Assembly (NCBI GenBank): GCA_963714695.1
Contig: CAVQPQ010000003.1
Span: 616,866 to 680,865, forward strand
Length of the DNA stretch: 64,000 nucleotides
Direction: 5' to 3'
Origin: an uncultured Verrucomicrobiae bacterium
Lineage (GTDB): Bacteria > Verrucomicrobiota > Verrucomicrobiia > Limisphaerales > UBA11358
Shown here: in pieces, positions 63,910-64,000 of the stretch
Layout: every line of letters begins with the position of its first letter
Position numbering within the stretch: position 1 is the first letter of the stretch
Notes under the pieces: model-generated
The model's database searches: none
What the model saw: the letters and a program-made list of their open reading frames with translations, nothing else
What the model was told of the DNA's origin: nothing
Program-made: the position numbers and the translations under genes

Positions 63910-64000
63910 GTTGAATATGGACCAGGCTGTTCGGCGACAGGGACCAGATGGTCAGGCCCATCAGGCCCGCGAAGAAAATCGCGGTGAAACCCAGGACCAG
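63899..64000 (-). CDS. 3' end of a membrane protein gene running off the window
   Basis: Open frame LVLGFTAIFFAGLMGLTIWSLSPNSLVHIQHVP* on the minus strand. Confidence 0.3.
   Translation of the reverse strand: MVLGFTAIFFAGLMGLTIWSLSPNSLVHIQHVP

Noticed and set aside
1-64000. Scan for tRNA, rRNA, tmRNA and RNase P-like sequences
   Set aside because: No cloverleaf-compatible T-loop/acceptor combinations or rRNA-like conserved blocks were noticed. This was a visual scan only, so absence is not proven.

Overview
This is a 64-kb GC-rich chromosomal segment. By inference only, it looks like a PVC-superphylum (Verrucomicrobia-like) bacterium. The grounds are prepilin-type/H-X9-DG pseudopilins, start codons that mostly lack a Shine-Dalgarno sequence, and many REP-like hairpin repeats whose translations read PGSAGVPPA, TSKSA or LSPGERG.

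Gene content, left to right:
- 0.5-8 kb: an OYE-family reductase, a pilin-like protein, a LuxR-HTH protein with a heptad-repeat N-terminus, an FN3 protein, a MarC-family protein and orphan receiver proteins.
- 5.9-24 kb: a dense two-component signalling block. It holds three hybrid histidine kinases, two recently duplicated PAS kinases, a Cys-rich coupled protein, a NarL-type pair and a kinase paralog that lacks the ATPase domain.
- 24.6-27 kb: a frameshifted P-type ATPase.
- 27.2-33.8 kb: a stress-protein island with CsbD, dodecin, GrpE, a J-protein, BON proteins, an LTXXQ protein and an lmo0937-type peptide.
- 34-35.5 kb: comM/yifB.
- 35.8-45.3 kb: four tandem paralogs of a polytopic-membrane protein fused to a spermidine-synthase-fold domain. 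One copy is frameshifted, and two copies share blocks of identical DNA.
- 45.3-59 kb: ribD and ribE; a zinc-ribbon/PQQ-propeller, pseudopilin and GT-C group; guaA; BamD-like and LptE-like lipoproteins.
- 59.2-62.1 kb: an insertion-sequence cluster with an intact IS630 member showing an A7 -1 frameshift site, an IS1595-family transposase, an HNH remnant and an IS630 fragment.
- 62.3-64 kb: the start of a cytochrome oxidase cluster.

The signals I consider most worth follow-up:
1. A 21-25 bp upstream motif (GGTAGGGTTACACCCCATAGC, or its palindromic form TATGGGGT-N4-ACCCCATA) occurs 12 times. Every copy has the same orientation relative to the adjacent start codon, which links the stress genes and the signalling genes.
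2. The four-copy array of SpeE-fold membrane proteins, with mosaic identity between copies.
3. Hairpin repeats inserted in frame into ribD and into a kinase.

No rRNA genes, tRNA genes or CRISPR arrays were seen. All homology calls come from reading the translated ORFs by eye; no database search was run.
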